63,437 nucleotides of DNA, filler included, from Bigelowiella natans CCMP2755 (GCA_000320545.1; 5 parts of 5 records of this genome joined end to end with filler, not necessarily neighbours in it); one strand, 5' to 3'; positions 1 to 10,811 are shown, numbered from the whole stretch's first letter. Notes: generated by a model not told the origin, from the letters alone. Program-made: numbers and translations.

Positions 1-307
1 ACAGGCCGAGGCGCTACGTGCACAAGTAGGCAGGGGGGGGGAAAGGCACGTTTGCTTCCTTTTGAAGAGTTGTGTTTATTTTTATTAAAGATTATATTTT
101 TATTAAATCGTGCACTGCGTAATCATTCGCGAAGCTTTCGCGAATGCCGCCGCACGTGGGGCAGCACACTTCCGGTGTGCTGCCATGAGTCCCGCCGGAA
201 CCCACGTGCCTATGCTGTATTAATATCTACGTTATCTATATTCTATATCCGCGACAACCCCTTTGTTGTCGCACGTGACTTGTGCCCGCGTAGTGGTACG
301 CGCTACA
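1..307 (-). repeat. 3' LTR (partial; about 19 nt predicted to lie left of the window)
   Basis: Matches 5386-5692. On the minus strand it begins TGTAGCGCGTA immediately after the polypurine tract. Confidence 0.95.
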
Positions 308-315
308 CCTCCCCC
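308..315 (-). promoter_or_regulatory. Polypurine tract GGGGGAGG
   Basis: Directly abuts the TG start of the 3' LTR on the minus strand. Confidence 0.8.
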
Positions 316-358
316 AAGTCACGTTGCTCCTTCCTTCCTTCCTTATTCCCTTAGACCT

Positions 359-3300
359 TCATCGCTTTCGGAACTTCACCAACCACCAGGTAATAGATTC
401 CTCTCTAACCTTATCTCCTTTGTCGCTTACCCAGAACTCACCTTCGTCCTTAGGTTCGTGTCCATACCAGCCCTCTGCATCAAGGTCCCCCAGGACCTTA
501 TACCAGTGCTCAAAGGGTAAGTCGGGAACAGCTAGGTAGAGTAGCTGATATTTTCCGTCCTTTATTTTCATAGCTACCCTCTCCATATTTCGTAATCCAG
601 GGTAGCCTAGATAGACAATCTTCATGCGCCAATCGTCGTTCACCCTGACCTTATTGTTTCCATATTCCACATCGAACTTAGGTCGGGGTCCTAAACAAGG
701 CATTGCTCGCTCCCACACAGTAGGGTTTACTTTAACATCCTCTAGGAGCTTCTCACCGATATCATAATTCTTTAGGTGACTGATGTGGCGCAAGGTGACC
801 CTGTTCCCATCATAGATGTAGTACTGCTTCCTCCCCTTCCTCTCGGTAACCTTTGCAACGCCACCCCAGAAGGGGTCTTGTTTATTTCTCGATCTCAGAT
901 TTACCTTGGCCCTAACATACTGTCCTTCCTTTAGAACTCGGCCATCGTACGGGACCTTCTCGTCTTCGCTCTCGGTATCGTCGTCGTTGTCGTCGCCTTC
1001 TTCCCTCTCCTTATCCTTGATACCTCCCCCAGACGTGAAGGTGTCGTTTACTAACCCTTGTATCTTGTCTGGTGTGGTGCTATTTATCCTGCTTAGGTTG
1101 GCCAAGGTGCGGTGGAGTCGCTCTACCTTGGAGTTGGACTGGGCATAGTATACAGGTGAGGCATCAATATTAGGGTGTGGTAGCTGTAGAAGAGAGGTCT
1201 CATTATCCACATGTAACTTCTTTGGTATCTTGTTTATGCTAACTTCATCAGGGATAGCCTGGAGCTCAGACTCCCAGGTACGGTAGCAGTTAGTAAGCCT
1301 CTGCTTATATAAGCCTTTGTTCTTCTTAGCAACGTTGACCTTGATAATCTTTTTAACCCAGCACTTTCCAGTGGCCACATCAACGAAGGTAAGGTAGTGA
1401 TAGCCATCGTACTTATAAACATCAATTTGCACGATATCTAAGAAGTTCCTTGCTTTGATTTTCTTAGATGCACGGCTCTTGCTGGACTCCTTGGTGGCGA
1501 CGCCTGCCGCCTTCAAGCTGGAGCACCTGCAGCCACGCAGGTATGTCCTTATCTCTTTTAGCTTGTAGGGCCAGTAGTAATGGTAGAGTAGAGCAGTGAT
1601 ATGGTTTTCTCCTACGTGTGCAGGTCCATGGGCGGTAAAGAGAAGGGCTCCCCTGGTCCGCCGTGGCACGTAGGTACGCCTAACATTATTAGTGTATACA
1701 TATATCCTATCACTAAGTACCTCATGCTTGTGTTTGTATTTATCCAGGTGTTCTTGAAGGTGCTGGAGCTCCTCTGGCTCAGGCAGGAAGTCGCCGTCCT
1801 CGAAGGTAATCGCGTTAACCATAGGGGTGACCTGGGTAGGGACTTTCTTTTCGAACAGCCTGCTGAAATAGTCAGCAAGCTGCTTGTCTCCTGGTGCGTA
1901 GACCACTGTCCTCTTGTCCCTAAACTCTTCCGTGTCCGCCCTCATAGCTGCATACTCATCGTTAGGCGCTTCGAGCTTGCGGTCGATGCCTAGGAGGGGC
2001 TTGTGGTCAGTCATTAAGGTGAAGCTGGGCACCGACAGCAGGTAGTATCTTAGTTTCCTCTGCGCCTCAGTCATGGCTTTATACTCTCCTTTTGTAGGGC
2101 TGTACTTGGCCTCAGCTGCTGTGCAGGCCCTGCCCCACACCCGTATGATCTGCTGGTCTTGGGTAAGTACAGCAGCCATACCTAGCTTAGACCAGTCTGT
2201 CCATAGGGTAGCTGGTCTAGTAGTGTCTAGCTTAGCATTCAATAGGGTGTTGCTGCATAACTTTATTAGGTTATCGAAGTGGGCATCAAGGCCAGCCTTG
2301 GCCCACACCTTAGCGAAGCTGAGGCCTACAGAGTTCTCCTTCCGGTAAGCAGTAGTAAAAGCAGCTGCAGTCCTAGCGTAGGTAGGGGAGAACCTACGTA
2401 GTATCCAAGCTGCAGTCTGCAAGAATGACTTTAACTCCTTTGCATTCTTAGGTTTAGGGGCTTGCTGTAGTGCTGCTACTTTCTCGGGGTTTGGGGTGAT
2501 GCGGCCTTGCTCCAGGTAATATCCACACCACTTGATTCTTGTAGCTAGGAATGTACACTTCTGCAGTCTAATAGTAAAACCGAAGTGTGCAAACCTAATA
2601 AATATATTTTCCAGGAGGAAGATCTGAGCGACGACTGTGTTGGTACATATTATGTCATCATCCACATACACAAACACAAACACCCACAACACAGACGCCA
2701 TCCCATCATGTGTGTATGCCCTGTAGTTCTGACTACTGAACGCATCCCCTGATATGCTTAGGCCGTAAGGGAATACGACGAAGTGCCACTTCCTGTGCCT
2801 GCTGGAGAACGCGGTAATGGGGCGGGAGGTTTTGTGGATGGGTGTCTGCATGTATGATTCATTTTTATCTAGGGAAGAGTAGTATTTGTATCCTATGACG
2901 TGTTCAATAACGTCATCTATCCTTGGTGTAGGTGTCTGGATCCTCTTTATTACTCGGTTGTGGCGGATGAAGTTGTGCGCCAGGCGGAAGAAAGGGTAAG
3001 TAGGTTTCTTAGCTAGCACATGTCTCACGTTCCATGGTGAGTTGCTTGGCTCTATCTTCCCTTCCTTTGCCCATTCATTGATCTGCCACTCTATCTTTTC
3101 CCAGTCCGCTTCCGGTCGCCTATGTTCTGGGTCATTGATGATGCACTCTTCGTATCCCTTCTTTAGCTCGATCTTTACTGGGGTAAGCTTGCTGGAGGGC
3201 TTCGTCGTCGGCTTGGTGATGTCAGAGTACTTCTCGTTTAATATTTTATTAATGTACTTTTTGCCTTTGTCGATATCCCAATCATCAGCTGGGGGGGTCT

Positions 3301-4150
3301 TGTCCAGTAGCTCCGTTATCTGTCGGATGGTCTTGCCGGGGTTCTTCTTCCGTAGCTCGGTAGGTGTAGGTAGCTTGTTGTCCGCTAGGTCCATAAACTC
3401 TAACGCATTAACGCTTGACTCAGAGGTCCACTCGTCAAGCCGTATCATGTTCTGGCTGATGGTCCTGCCTGACTTCTTTGGCAACTTAGCAAAGTATATC
3501 TTGTGATTGTAGAATGATATGATCCCCCCTAATTTTTCTAGGGCATCCTGTCCGAGGAGTAGTTCCATGGATAAAGTCATGGCTACTCGGGTCTTGATTT
3601 GGGTCTCCGCGTCGCTGCCAGGTATCTGTAGCTTTAGCATTAGCTCACCGACGGTCTTCATGGAAGAGCTTCCGTCTGCTTGAGCATATTTACGTTCTTT
3701 CTTAGTCACTTGATCCAATAGTCCTAACCTTCTTACTGTGCTTAGGCTTATGAAGGACTTCGGCATGCTGCCACTATCCCAAAGGGCAGGTAGTTTCTTG
3801 TAGTCTCCGTAGCTGTCTTTAACTTTAACCTTGGTCATAGCAACTTTGATAGTCCTGTTAGCGTCTTCGTCATTAATGTTGCATACTCCTAAGTTCTTTA
3901 TGTCGTCTAGGGTCATGGGCTTGTCTTGGTCCTGCGTTGCTGGTACTGCTGTCTTCGTCGGCGCCTGCTTAAGGTGATCTAATATTCCGTTTATCTGCTG
4001 CTGTATAGCATTGATACTGTTCTCCTTTTGTTCTATATTATTGTTCTTCCCGTTGTTGCTGCCTTGCCATTTGCTGTTGTTATATCCTTGTCCTCTGCCT
4101 TTCTTTCTCTTTAACTTCTCGTAGTGTTCGTTGAGCTGCCTGATCGTCAT
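359..4150 (-). CDS. pol: Pol polyprotein: aspartic protease, RT, RNase H, integrase, C-terminal extra domain
   Basis: DSG protease motif (LWDSGS); RT motifs LDKNESYMQ, PYGL, YVDD; RNase H TDWS, TDHKPL, ADYFSR; integrase HHCC region (HGPAH...CRC) and D-D-E (QID, VDN, VERLHRTL). The frame stays open upstream to about 4283. Confidence 0.97.
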   Translation of the reverse strand: MTIRQLNEHYEKLKRKKGRGQGYNNSKWQGSNNGKNNNIEQKENSINAIQQQINGILDHLKQAPTKTAVPATQDQDKPMTLDDIKNLGVCNINDEDANRTIKVAMTKVKVKDSYGDYKKLPALWDSGSMPKSFISLSTVRRLGLLDQVTKKERKYAQADGSSSMKTVGELMLKLQIPGSDAETQIKTRVAMTLSMELLLGQDALEKLGGIISFYNHKIYFAKLPKKSGRTISQNMIRLDEWTSESSVNALEFMDLADNKLPTPTELRKKNPGKTIRQITELLDKTPPADDWDIDKGKKYINKILNEKYSDITKPTTKPSSKLTPVKIELKKGYEECIINDPEHRRPEADWEKIEWQINEWAKEGKIEPSNSPWNVRHVLAKKPTYPFFRLAHNFIRHNRVIKRIQTPTPRIDDVIEHVIGYKYYSSLDKNESYMQTPIHKTSRPITAFSSRHRKWHFVVFPYGLSISGDAFSSQNYRAYTHDGMASVLWVFVFVYVDDDIICTNTVVAQIFLLENIFIRFAHFGFTIRLQKCTFLATRIKWCGYYLEQGRITPNPEKVAALQQAPKPKNAKELKSFLQTAAWILRRFSPTYARTAAAFTTAYRKENSVGLSFAKVWAKAGLDAHFDNLIKLCSNTLLNAKLDTTRPATLWTDWSKLGMAAVLTQDQQIIRVWGRACTAAEAKYSPTKGEYKAMTEAQRKLRYYLLSVPSFTLMTDHKPLLGIDRKLEAPNDEYAAMRADTEEFRDKRTVVYAPGDKQLADYFSRLFEKKVPTQVTPMVNAITFEDGDFLPEPEELQHLQEHLDKYKHKHEVLSDRIYVYTNNVRRTYVPRRTRGALLFTAHGPAHVGENHITALLYHYYWPYKLKEIRTYLRGCRCSSLKAAGVATKESSKSRASKKIKARNFLDIVQIDVYKYDGYHYLTFVDVATGKCWVKKIIKVNVAKKNKGLYKQRLTNCYRTWESELQAIPDEVSINKIPKKLHVDNETSLLQLPHPNIDASPVYYAQSNSKVERLHRTLANLSRINSTTPDKIQGLVNDTFTSGGGIKDKEREEGDDNDDDTESEDEKVPYDGRVLKEGQYVRAKVNLRSRNKQDPFWGGVAKVTERKGRKQYYIYDGNRVTLRHISHLKNYDIGEKLLEDVKVNPTVWERAMPCLGPRPKFDVEYGNNKVRVNDDWRMKIVYLGYPGLRNMERVAMKIKDGKYQLLYLAVPDLPFEHWYKVLGDLDAEGWYGHEPKDEGEFWVSDKGDKVREESITWWLVKFRKR

Positions 4151-5327
4151 CTGGGTCGTCCTTCTTTCCTGTCTCTGCAGTCTTAGCGGTGTGTTTCCCT
4201 TTACGTGAGCAGTATCCGCAACGTCGGTTACCTTCCCTGTCCTTGTACCAGTCTCGCTGCGGCTTAATAGCGTTAATGTTTCCTATGCCAGGTACCTTAG
4301 GGCTGGTAAACTTGCGGTCCTGCTCCTGCTCGCGTAGGGATATAGCCTGCACTGCTGCCTCCATCGTGGTGTAGCCTTTCTCCGTAACGTAAGTGGATTC
4401 CTTTATCTTTAACTTGAACTCTTCAAACCTTGCCTGATCATCACCTGTGTTGTAATTAAAATCATGTAGTTCGTCGATCATATCCTGGAAGCGCGTGGCA
4501 AAGTCTCTAACAGGTTCTCTCTCATGCTGCATCATTGCTCTGTATTTTCTAATAGCCTGGGGTAGGGAGTTAGCATCCTGTTCATTTACAAAAGCCTTCA
4601 TTATCGCCTCAACGTCTCGTAGCCCACTAACTGTAGTGTGTATTTTCTCTAGCTGCCTGATCCGGGTCCTGCCTGTCTCGTAAAGGTCCATGGCTTGCTT
4701 TATTATAGCTAGCCATTTGAGCTTGTCGTTTTCGGTGGGGTTAGGGGTAAAGTCGCAGAGTATACTCCTAGCGTTCTTCCACCACCTCCTTGCCTCACCT
4801 CTTTTCCCGTTGTATTTCGTTATCATAACCGGTGCTGTTTTAACAGACATGAACTGGGTGTTCCGCTGTACCGGCTGCTGCTGCTTGACGGTGCTCTGGG
4901 TCGTCCCCCGCGAGGCGCCCAGACCCCCGTCGTTCCTAAACAAAGCTGCCCACTCTGGAGGTAAGTCTGCTTCGTAATCCATGATGTCCTGCATGATAGC
5001 TGCCCAAACATCATGTGTCTGATACTTGTATTCTATCGATACTTTCAGTTTGGCGTAGTTGCTCGCCCTGGGTCGCAAGGCTCGTAATGCCATTACGACC
5101 TTCTTGCTTTCGGCGGCCACGTCCTCGTCGTCCGCCTCGTAGAAGTTCTCCAGTGCCTCTGCTGCTGCATCTGCTTTCTTAATCCCGGGTGCTGGTCCCG
5201 GCGGTGCCTGTGGAGGTGTTCCTCCTCCTTCCTTAGCGTCCGTATCGCCCTTCCTTTCCTGTTTCTGCTCGTGCCCTTGCACGGCCTGCGAGCCAAAGTC
5301 CTGCTGTTCTTCTAGCTGCTGTGACAT
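4080..5327 (-). CDS. gag: Gag (capsid-like region plus partial zinc knuckle CGYC...H)
   Basis: 415-aa ORF just downstream of the PBS. Retrotransposon gag-like helical region (RRWWKNA...) and CxxC...H near the C-terminus. Confidence 0.88.
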   Translation of the reverse strand: MSQQLEEQQDFGSQAVQGHEQKQERKGDTDAKEGGGTPPQAPPGPAPGIKKADAAAEALENFYEADDEDVAAESKKVVMALRALRPRASNYAKLKVSIEYKYQTHDVWAAIMQDIMDYEADLPPEWAALFRNDGGLGASRGTTQSTVKQQQPVQRNTQFMSVKTAPVMITKYNGKRGEARRWWKNARSILCDFTPNPTENDKLKWLAIIKQAMDLYETGRTRIRQLEKIHTTVSGLRDVEAIMKAFVNEQDANSLPQAIRKYRAMMQHEREPVRDFATRFQDMIDELHDFNYNTGDDQARFEEFKLKIKESTYVTEKGYTTMEAAVQAISLREQEQDRKFTSPKVPGIGNINAIKPQRDWYKDREGNRRCGYCSRKGKHTAKTAETGKKDDPDDDQAAQRTLREVKEKERQRTRI

Positions 5328-5343
5328 TGTTAGTCAAATCGTT

Positions 5344-5361
5344 TCCCGTGTGTGGAAGCCA
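5344..5361 (-). promoter_or_regulatory. Candidate primer-binding site TGGCTTCCACACACGGGA
   Basis: Starts with TGG 5 nt inside the 5' LTR boundary. Its complement looks like a tRNA 3' end (...GGAAG-CCA, G discriminator). The tRNA identity was not determined. Confidence 0.6.
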
Positions 5362-5366
5362 AAGGT

Positions 5367-5692
5367 TGTTGCGCGTAAGGTGTTCACAGGCCGAGGCGCT
5401 ACGTGCACAAGTAGGCAGGGGGGGGGAAAGGCACGTTTGCTTCCTTTTGAAGAGTTGTGTTTATTTTTATTAAAGATTATATTTTTATTAAATCGTGCAC
5501 TGCGTAATCATTCGCGAAGCTTTCGCGAATGCCGCCGCACGTGGGGCAGCACACTTCCGGTGTGCTGCCATGAGTCCCGCCGGAACCCACGTGCCTATGC
5601 TGTATTAATATCTACGTTATCTATATTCTATATCCGCGACAACCCCTTTGTTGTCGCACGTGACTTGTGCCCGCGTAGTGGTACGCGCTACA
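5367..5692 (-). repeat. 5' LTR, about 326 bp
   Basis: TG...CA ends with a 10/11 terminal inverted repeat (TGTTGCGCGTA at 5367 / TACGCGCTACA ending at 5692). The 5367 boundary is inferred from this inverted repeat because the partner LTR is truncated. Confidence 0.88.
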
Positions 5693-6048
5693 AGAATGCT
5701 GGAATGCTGCATGCCATGACGAGAGTGCAGCAAGTGCAGCAGTTGCGTGTGGCCGTCAGGTCAGTCGCTATTCGCATCGTTTCCGTCCTTGCACGTACAC
5801 ATGTTGCGGTCTGCAAAGTAAGCCAGCTATGTGTATCGTCCCCGGAGCCTGCACATCTGCGCTGCTAATGCATGCAGATCGCACGCACAACATGTTCATA
5901 GCTGTGTGTGCGTGGACGCATGTGTAATGCGGGGCGAAACAGAAACCCCTAAACATTTATGACTGACAAATTAAAGAGTTTTCTCAGCATACATCTTATA
6001 CATGGACACAACAAGGATCGATTGCCATTGCACTGAATACACACTTAG

Positions 6049-6414
6049 CTAAGGAAGAAGCACAGCATCAACAACCTGGCTTCCATCGTTGCCAACAACT
6101 GTCGCTGTGACCACATCTGCCTGCACAATTGATGGTTGCGAACCATCCTGCTTCACATCAGCCAGACCTTCAACGCTACCGATAACCTACACAAGTACAA
6201 CATAATATATGTATGTATAAATATATATATATATATATATTTCTCTTATTGCAAGATGTTATTACATGGTGCTCTGAAGCCGCTTCACCCGCTTGTCGAT
6301 GTTTGGCCAATTCCTTTATGTAACTTGCTTCGATCTTCTTCTTTTCATCCTTAAAGAACGAATACATAGGAAAATTTGAGCATGATGCTAACATATATTA
6401 TCAAATAATATAGA

Positions 6415-6445
<31 letters not shown>

Positions 6446-7384
6446 GTAAAACTAAAACTATGCGCGCGCGCGCGTGTGTGTGCTTATATACGTAATTGCA
6501 TTGGTTGATGATGAGTGCTAAATTCCCAGCAGGACAAACATGCTAGGTGGCGCATAATACCTCGACTTCGCCATGTCGCTTGAGCAGAACGCCCTTCTTT
6601 TCGGCCGTGAATTCCTCCACCCATTTCTTGCGCTTGGACTCGAGTTCCTCCTGGAGAGCATCATATATAATTGTGGTCAATTCAGGAGATTGAGTGCTTA
6701 AAGCTACAATTACTACTATTATGGTATGGTACTCGTATGCAGGTCGCAAGTTCTCTTTCCGCTGTCATCCCTTCATCATCATATCATCATCATCTTCGTC
6801 ATCATCGTCATCATATCATCACCATCAACACCACCACCAACGACAGCAGCTTTGTTTTTTGGTTGCTGTTGTCGTAGCTGCGAAGTATATGTGCAATGGC
6901 AGTGTTACTATTACCTTGGCTTTTGCCTGTTTTTCCAACAATTTCTCGAGAACCTTCTGGGATGCAGCCGCCCTCTTCACCTTTTCCTCCTCGATCTTTC
7001 ATATTTGATTTATATTTGATTTTAGCATGGGTGAGTATCAATATCATCATTATTACTATTATTGTTATCATAATTAACGGTACAATTACAAATGAATTGA
7101 CACAGCAGCATAATCAGGAAGAACGCAATCATACGGAAAAACAGCAGCGATATTATGACCTTCTTTAGCTGCTCCTCCTCCCAAGCCAAAAGGTCTTTAT
7201 TCAGCTTTTCTTCTAAGTCCATTTTTTCCTTCTGCAGCGTCTCCAACGCCTCCTAGAGAAGAGACGGCGAATTAAACAATGCGGTCACCACCCAGTCAGT
7301 AAATCAATCCAAAGATACTTTTGGCACACGGGGACTTATCATCATCTTTATCGTTATCATCATCATCATTGCTATGCTGGTAGG

Positions 7385-7439
<55 letters not shown>

Positions 7440-8334
7440 GTATACAATATGCATATATGTATATCGTGGGGAGGTGTTATACCGTCTGTTTCTTATCGAA
7501 GGATGCAGCACTTTCCTTCCAAGTCTTGGATGTTGTCATCACCCACGTGCTGAATCTTGGAAAGATAAATAGTAAGGAGGAAGGGGTTAGGAAGGGAGGG
7601 AGAGCATGGCTGTTATTCCGATTTCGAAGAATGGACATTGGCAGCCTACCAATACTTGCGAGAGGTGCTAGCAGAACAATAGTATTAAAACTGCTGTGTG
7701 AAATGCAGATCGGTCCCAACGACGTCACACACACACACGCACACACACACGCACACACACACACACACACACTGCTACACATTATCTTTATATTATCATT
7801 ATCATTATCATCATACACATACACAGCAGTAGTTGTCGCAGTAGCAGCTGTAGTAGCTGAATAATCCTACTGTTTTTCGCAGTTCTGAATCGCTGTTTCG
7901 TGTTCCGCCTCGATCTTTTGTTCTTTTCTAAGTCTCTCTTCCTGGAGATAGGGGGTGGGGCACTAATTCAGATTCAACAACGAGGACGATGACAACGGCT
8001 CGAGATTGACCAAAGCTTCATCCCAACAAAAAGAGCTGCCACAAACGAATAAACCAAAGAACAAGCAAGAAGCCGACGCTCGCGTTTGCATTCTCCAGCA
8101 TTAAAAAGTAAAAATAAGGGGGGGGGGGGGGGCGGGGAGGAGACCTCCTCTTTTTGTCGTTCCTTCTCGAGATCTATCAGCTCAGATGCATTGGCCCAGT
8201 AAACACGCATGTACCTAACGATTGTTGGAGATGGTGATGATGATGATGATGAGGATGAGGATGAGGATGATGATGATGGGGATGGTGATGATGACGAAGA
8301 AGAGACAAAGAGTGCAGGCGCTGATGACGTGCAG

Positions 8335-8368
<34 letters not shown>

Positions 8369-8434
8369 GCAATTACTTTCTGACGTCATTTTCCACCATC
8401 GCACTGATCATCTATGTGTAGGAGAACAACGAAT

Positions 8435-8470
<36 letters not shown>

Positions 8471-8750
8471 CAATTACACACCAACAAATAAACGCTGACG
8501 ACGATGGGGAGGAGGGTGGATGGTGATGATGGATGACGTAAGTAGTAGTAGTAGTAGTAGTGGTAGTAGTAGTATTACCTCTTTTTGCATGAGTGTTCTT
8601 GGATCAACCCATGTCGTGAGTTGCGCCTGATGGTCCATGAAGTAGACTCTCCCTTGAGTAAGTAAGTAACCAAGCGAGTAAGTGAGTAAGTACAAGTAAG
8701 TACATATACATAACAATTGCCAGCATGCCCATAATAAATGTGACTATGTG

Positions 8751-8834
<84 letters not shown>

Positions 8835-9243
8835 TCAACATTGATGTCTTCAGGAAGAAGCATAAGGAAGAATGGCCATACAACAATGGAAAAGGGTCAA
8901 ACGATAAGCAGATATCCTATCTTTGTGGTCTGCCGTCATCGTGCTTCCCTTCTCTCTTCTCACACACGCCGCATCATCATAATCATCATCATCGTCATCA
9001 TCATCATCTACATGTTAATACCAGTAGCAGTGGTGTGCTGACTGAAGATATCTGGGAGGCCTCTGCGGTAATGAGTAATGTACTTGTGTATGCTAATACG
9101 TGCTCCCCTCCCTCTCTCTCTCTCTCTCTCTCTATCTATCTCTCTACATTCACTACTACTATCTAAATAACAGCTGCTGGTGCTCTCTCCTCCTCTCCGC
9201 ATTGAGAGACTGACTCGCTAGCTGACTGTCTGGGATTGACTCA

Positions 9244-9278
<35 letters not shown>

Positions 9279-9359
9279 CCGGGGGTCAACTTTGGTAGGG
9301 ATCATGTTTTGATATACAAACCACTTTTCGAACGAACTTGCCTTCATCACAGTAAACAA
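6049..9359 (-). CDS. Multi-exon WW-domain / coiled-coil protein (5' end uncertain)
   Basis: Exons 9022-9062 and about 8580-8653 splice in frame to GLPDIFSQHTTATGRVYFMDHQAQLTTWVDPR (WW-like). Further GT-AG exons encode charged helical segments (EERLRKEQKIEAEHE; LQEELESKRKKWVEEF). The last exon ends VLLP* at 6049. Confidence 0.65.
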
Positions 9360-9371
9360 AGAAAGGAGGAA

Positions 9372-9471
9372 NNNNNNNNNNNNNNNNNNNNNNNNNNNNN
9401 NNNNNNNNNNNNNNNTTAATTAATTAANNNNNNNNNNNNNNNNNNNNNNNNNNNNNNNNNNNNNNNNNNNN
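9372..9471. other. Scaffold gap (N run with TTAATTAATTAA spacer)
   Basis: 100-nt placeholder. The same structure occurs at 18943-19042, 41929-42028 and 61495-61594. Confidence 0.98.
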
Positions 9472-9657
9472 TAACGTAACCGTCCTAAACTAAAGTCGAA
9501 ACAAAGGGTGAGGGGAGGGGCGGGGGGGGCGGAGATAAGTTGTGGTAGTATCATAAAATTGTGAAGACTCCGTTAATTTGAGTCTGGTCAAAAAATAAAC
9601 AAAAAAAGCTAGGTTATTATCCTTACTCCTCCTCTCCTCCTCCTTTTCAAAACATAC

Positions 9658-10222
9658 CCTTTGAGTCGTCGTTTTGAGGCTTCAGCAGCACTAACGAATT
9701 GTCCTGAAGTAACTGTGATAGAGAGAAGGAGGAGGAGGAGGAGGAAGCAGAGAGGGGAGGGAGGGAGGAAGGAGGAAGAAGAGGATTTTGCAGAAATACC
9801 AAAGAGATTATAATGATTATCGTCTATCCGATTTCTCATTACAGCGAAGCACTTCAAAAGACTATTAGTAGCACTAGCTGAATAAGGCATCGATTGTTGT
9901 CCTCGTTGGTCTTTTTTTTCTACTCTTGTCTTCTATTCTATCAGAATGAAAGCTCATGATTTGTGTTTCGAGCACGGCTAATAATGATTGGAACGCAGCA
10001 GGAAAATCATCTTTATTTTCGCATAGACTTCCCTTTCCTCTTAAAGGCCATCAAGATATTGTAGCTGAGGACTACTAGTAGTACTCTGTCCTCGTATTCG
10101 TTAATATCATCGCCATCATCACCTCTCCAGGGATAAGATGCCAATTTAGTCGCTACTTTGATGTCGTTTCTCCTCTTATCGGGTAGTCCACTGATAAATC
10201 GCCCTAGCAGCTGAGAGAGAGA

Positions 10223-10259
<37 letters not shown>

Positions 10260-10719
10260 GGAGAGAAGACGCAAAGGGGGGGGGGAGAAAGGCAAAAAGA
10301 CACGGTGGAGAAAAGGTTAATCAACGCAAAATTGAAGGTAAAGGAAAATGTGCATGAAGCATGTGTGTGTTTGTGCTTATAATATTGTGTGATGAAGAAA
10401 GGAGTAGCAAAGCAGCAGCATAATCTTCCTACACCATGACAATCTTTCCATCATCACCTTTTCACTCTGTCCCTCGAGCGACCCGGTGCCGTAGCTATCG
10501 CCTGTGTCAAACTAGAAGAACAATTGGACAGGAGGGGGGAGGGTGATAAGAAGCGTTATTAGCCAGATTAATACAGCACAGAAGAACAACTTAGAACAAC
10601 AATGAATCCTGCGACGACGATGTCACATGGGGAGCGCTTTACAGAAGAAGTAAGCAATGGAAGATTTGTTCAGAGTCATCACCATCCTATTTAGGGTAGC
10701 AGCCATGCATATATTTGTG

Positions 10720-10752
<33 letters not shown>

Positions 10753-10777
10753 GTGGTGACGTAGGAGCAGCAGCAGC

Positions 10778-10811
<34 letters not shown>

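Larger units (their letters stand above)
1..5692 (-). mobile_element. Ty3/gypsy LTR retrotransposon, near full length (3' LTR cut by the window edge)
   Basis: Direct repeats 1-307 and 5386-5692 at a constant offset of 5385, no mismatch seen by eye. Gag ORF followed by Pol in PR-RT-RH-IN order. PBS and PPT in the expected positions. Confidence 0.97.

Noticed and set aside
52-354. ORFs inside the LTRs (52-354 and 5350-5868) and antisense ORFs over gag/pol
   Set aside because: Non-ATG starts, no recognisable motifs, and they simply mirror LTR or coding sequence.
9372-9471. TTAATTAATTAA palindrome embedded in N runs, repeated four times
   Set aside because: An identical 100-nt construct at every gap, with stops in all frames, is an assembly spacer and not biology.
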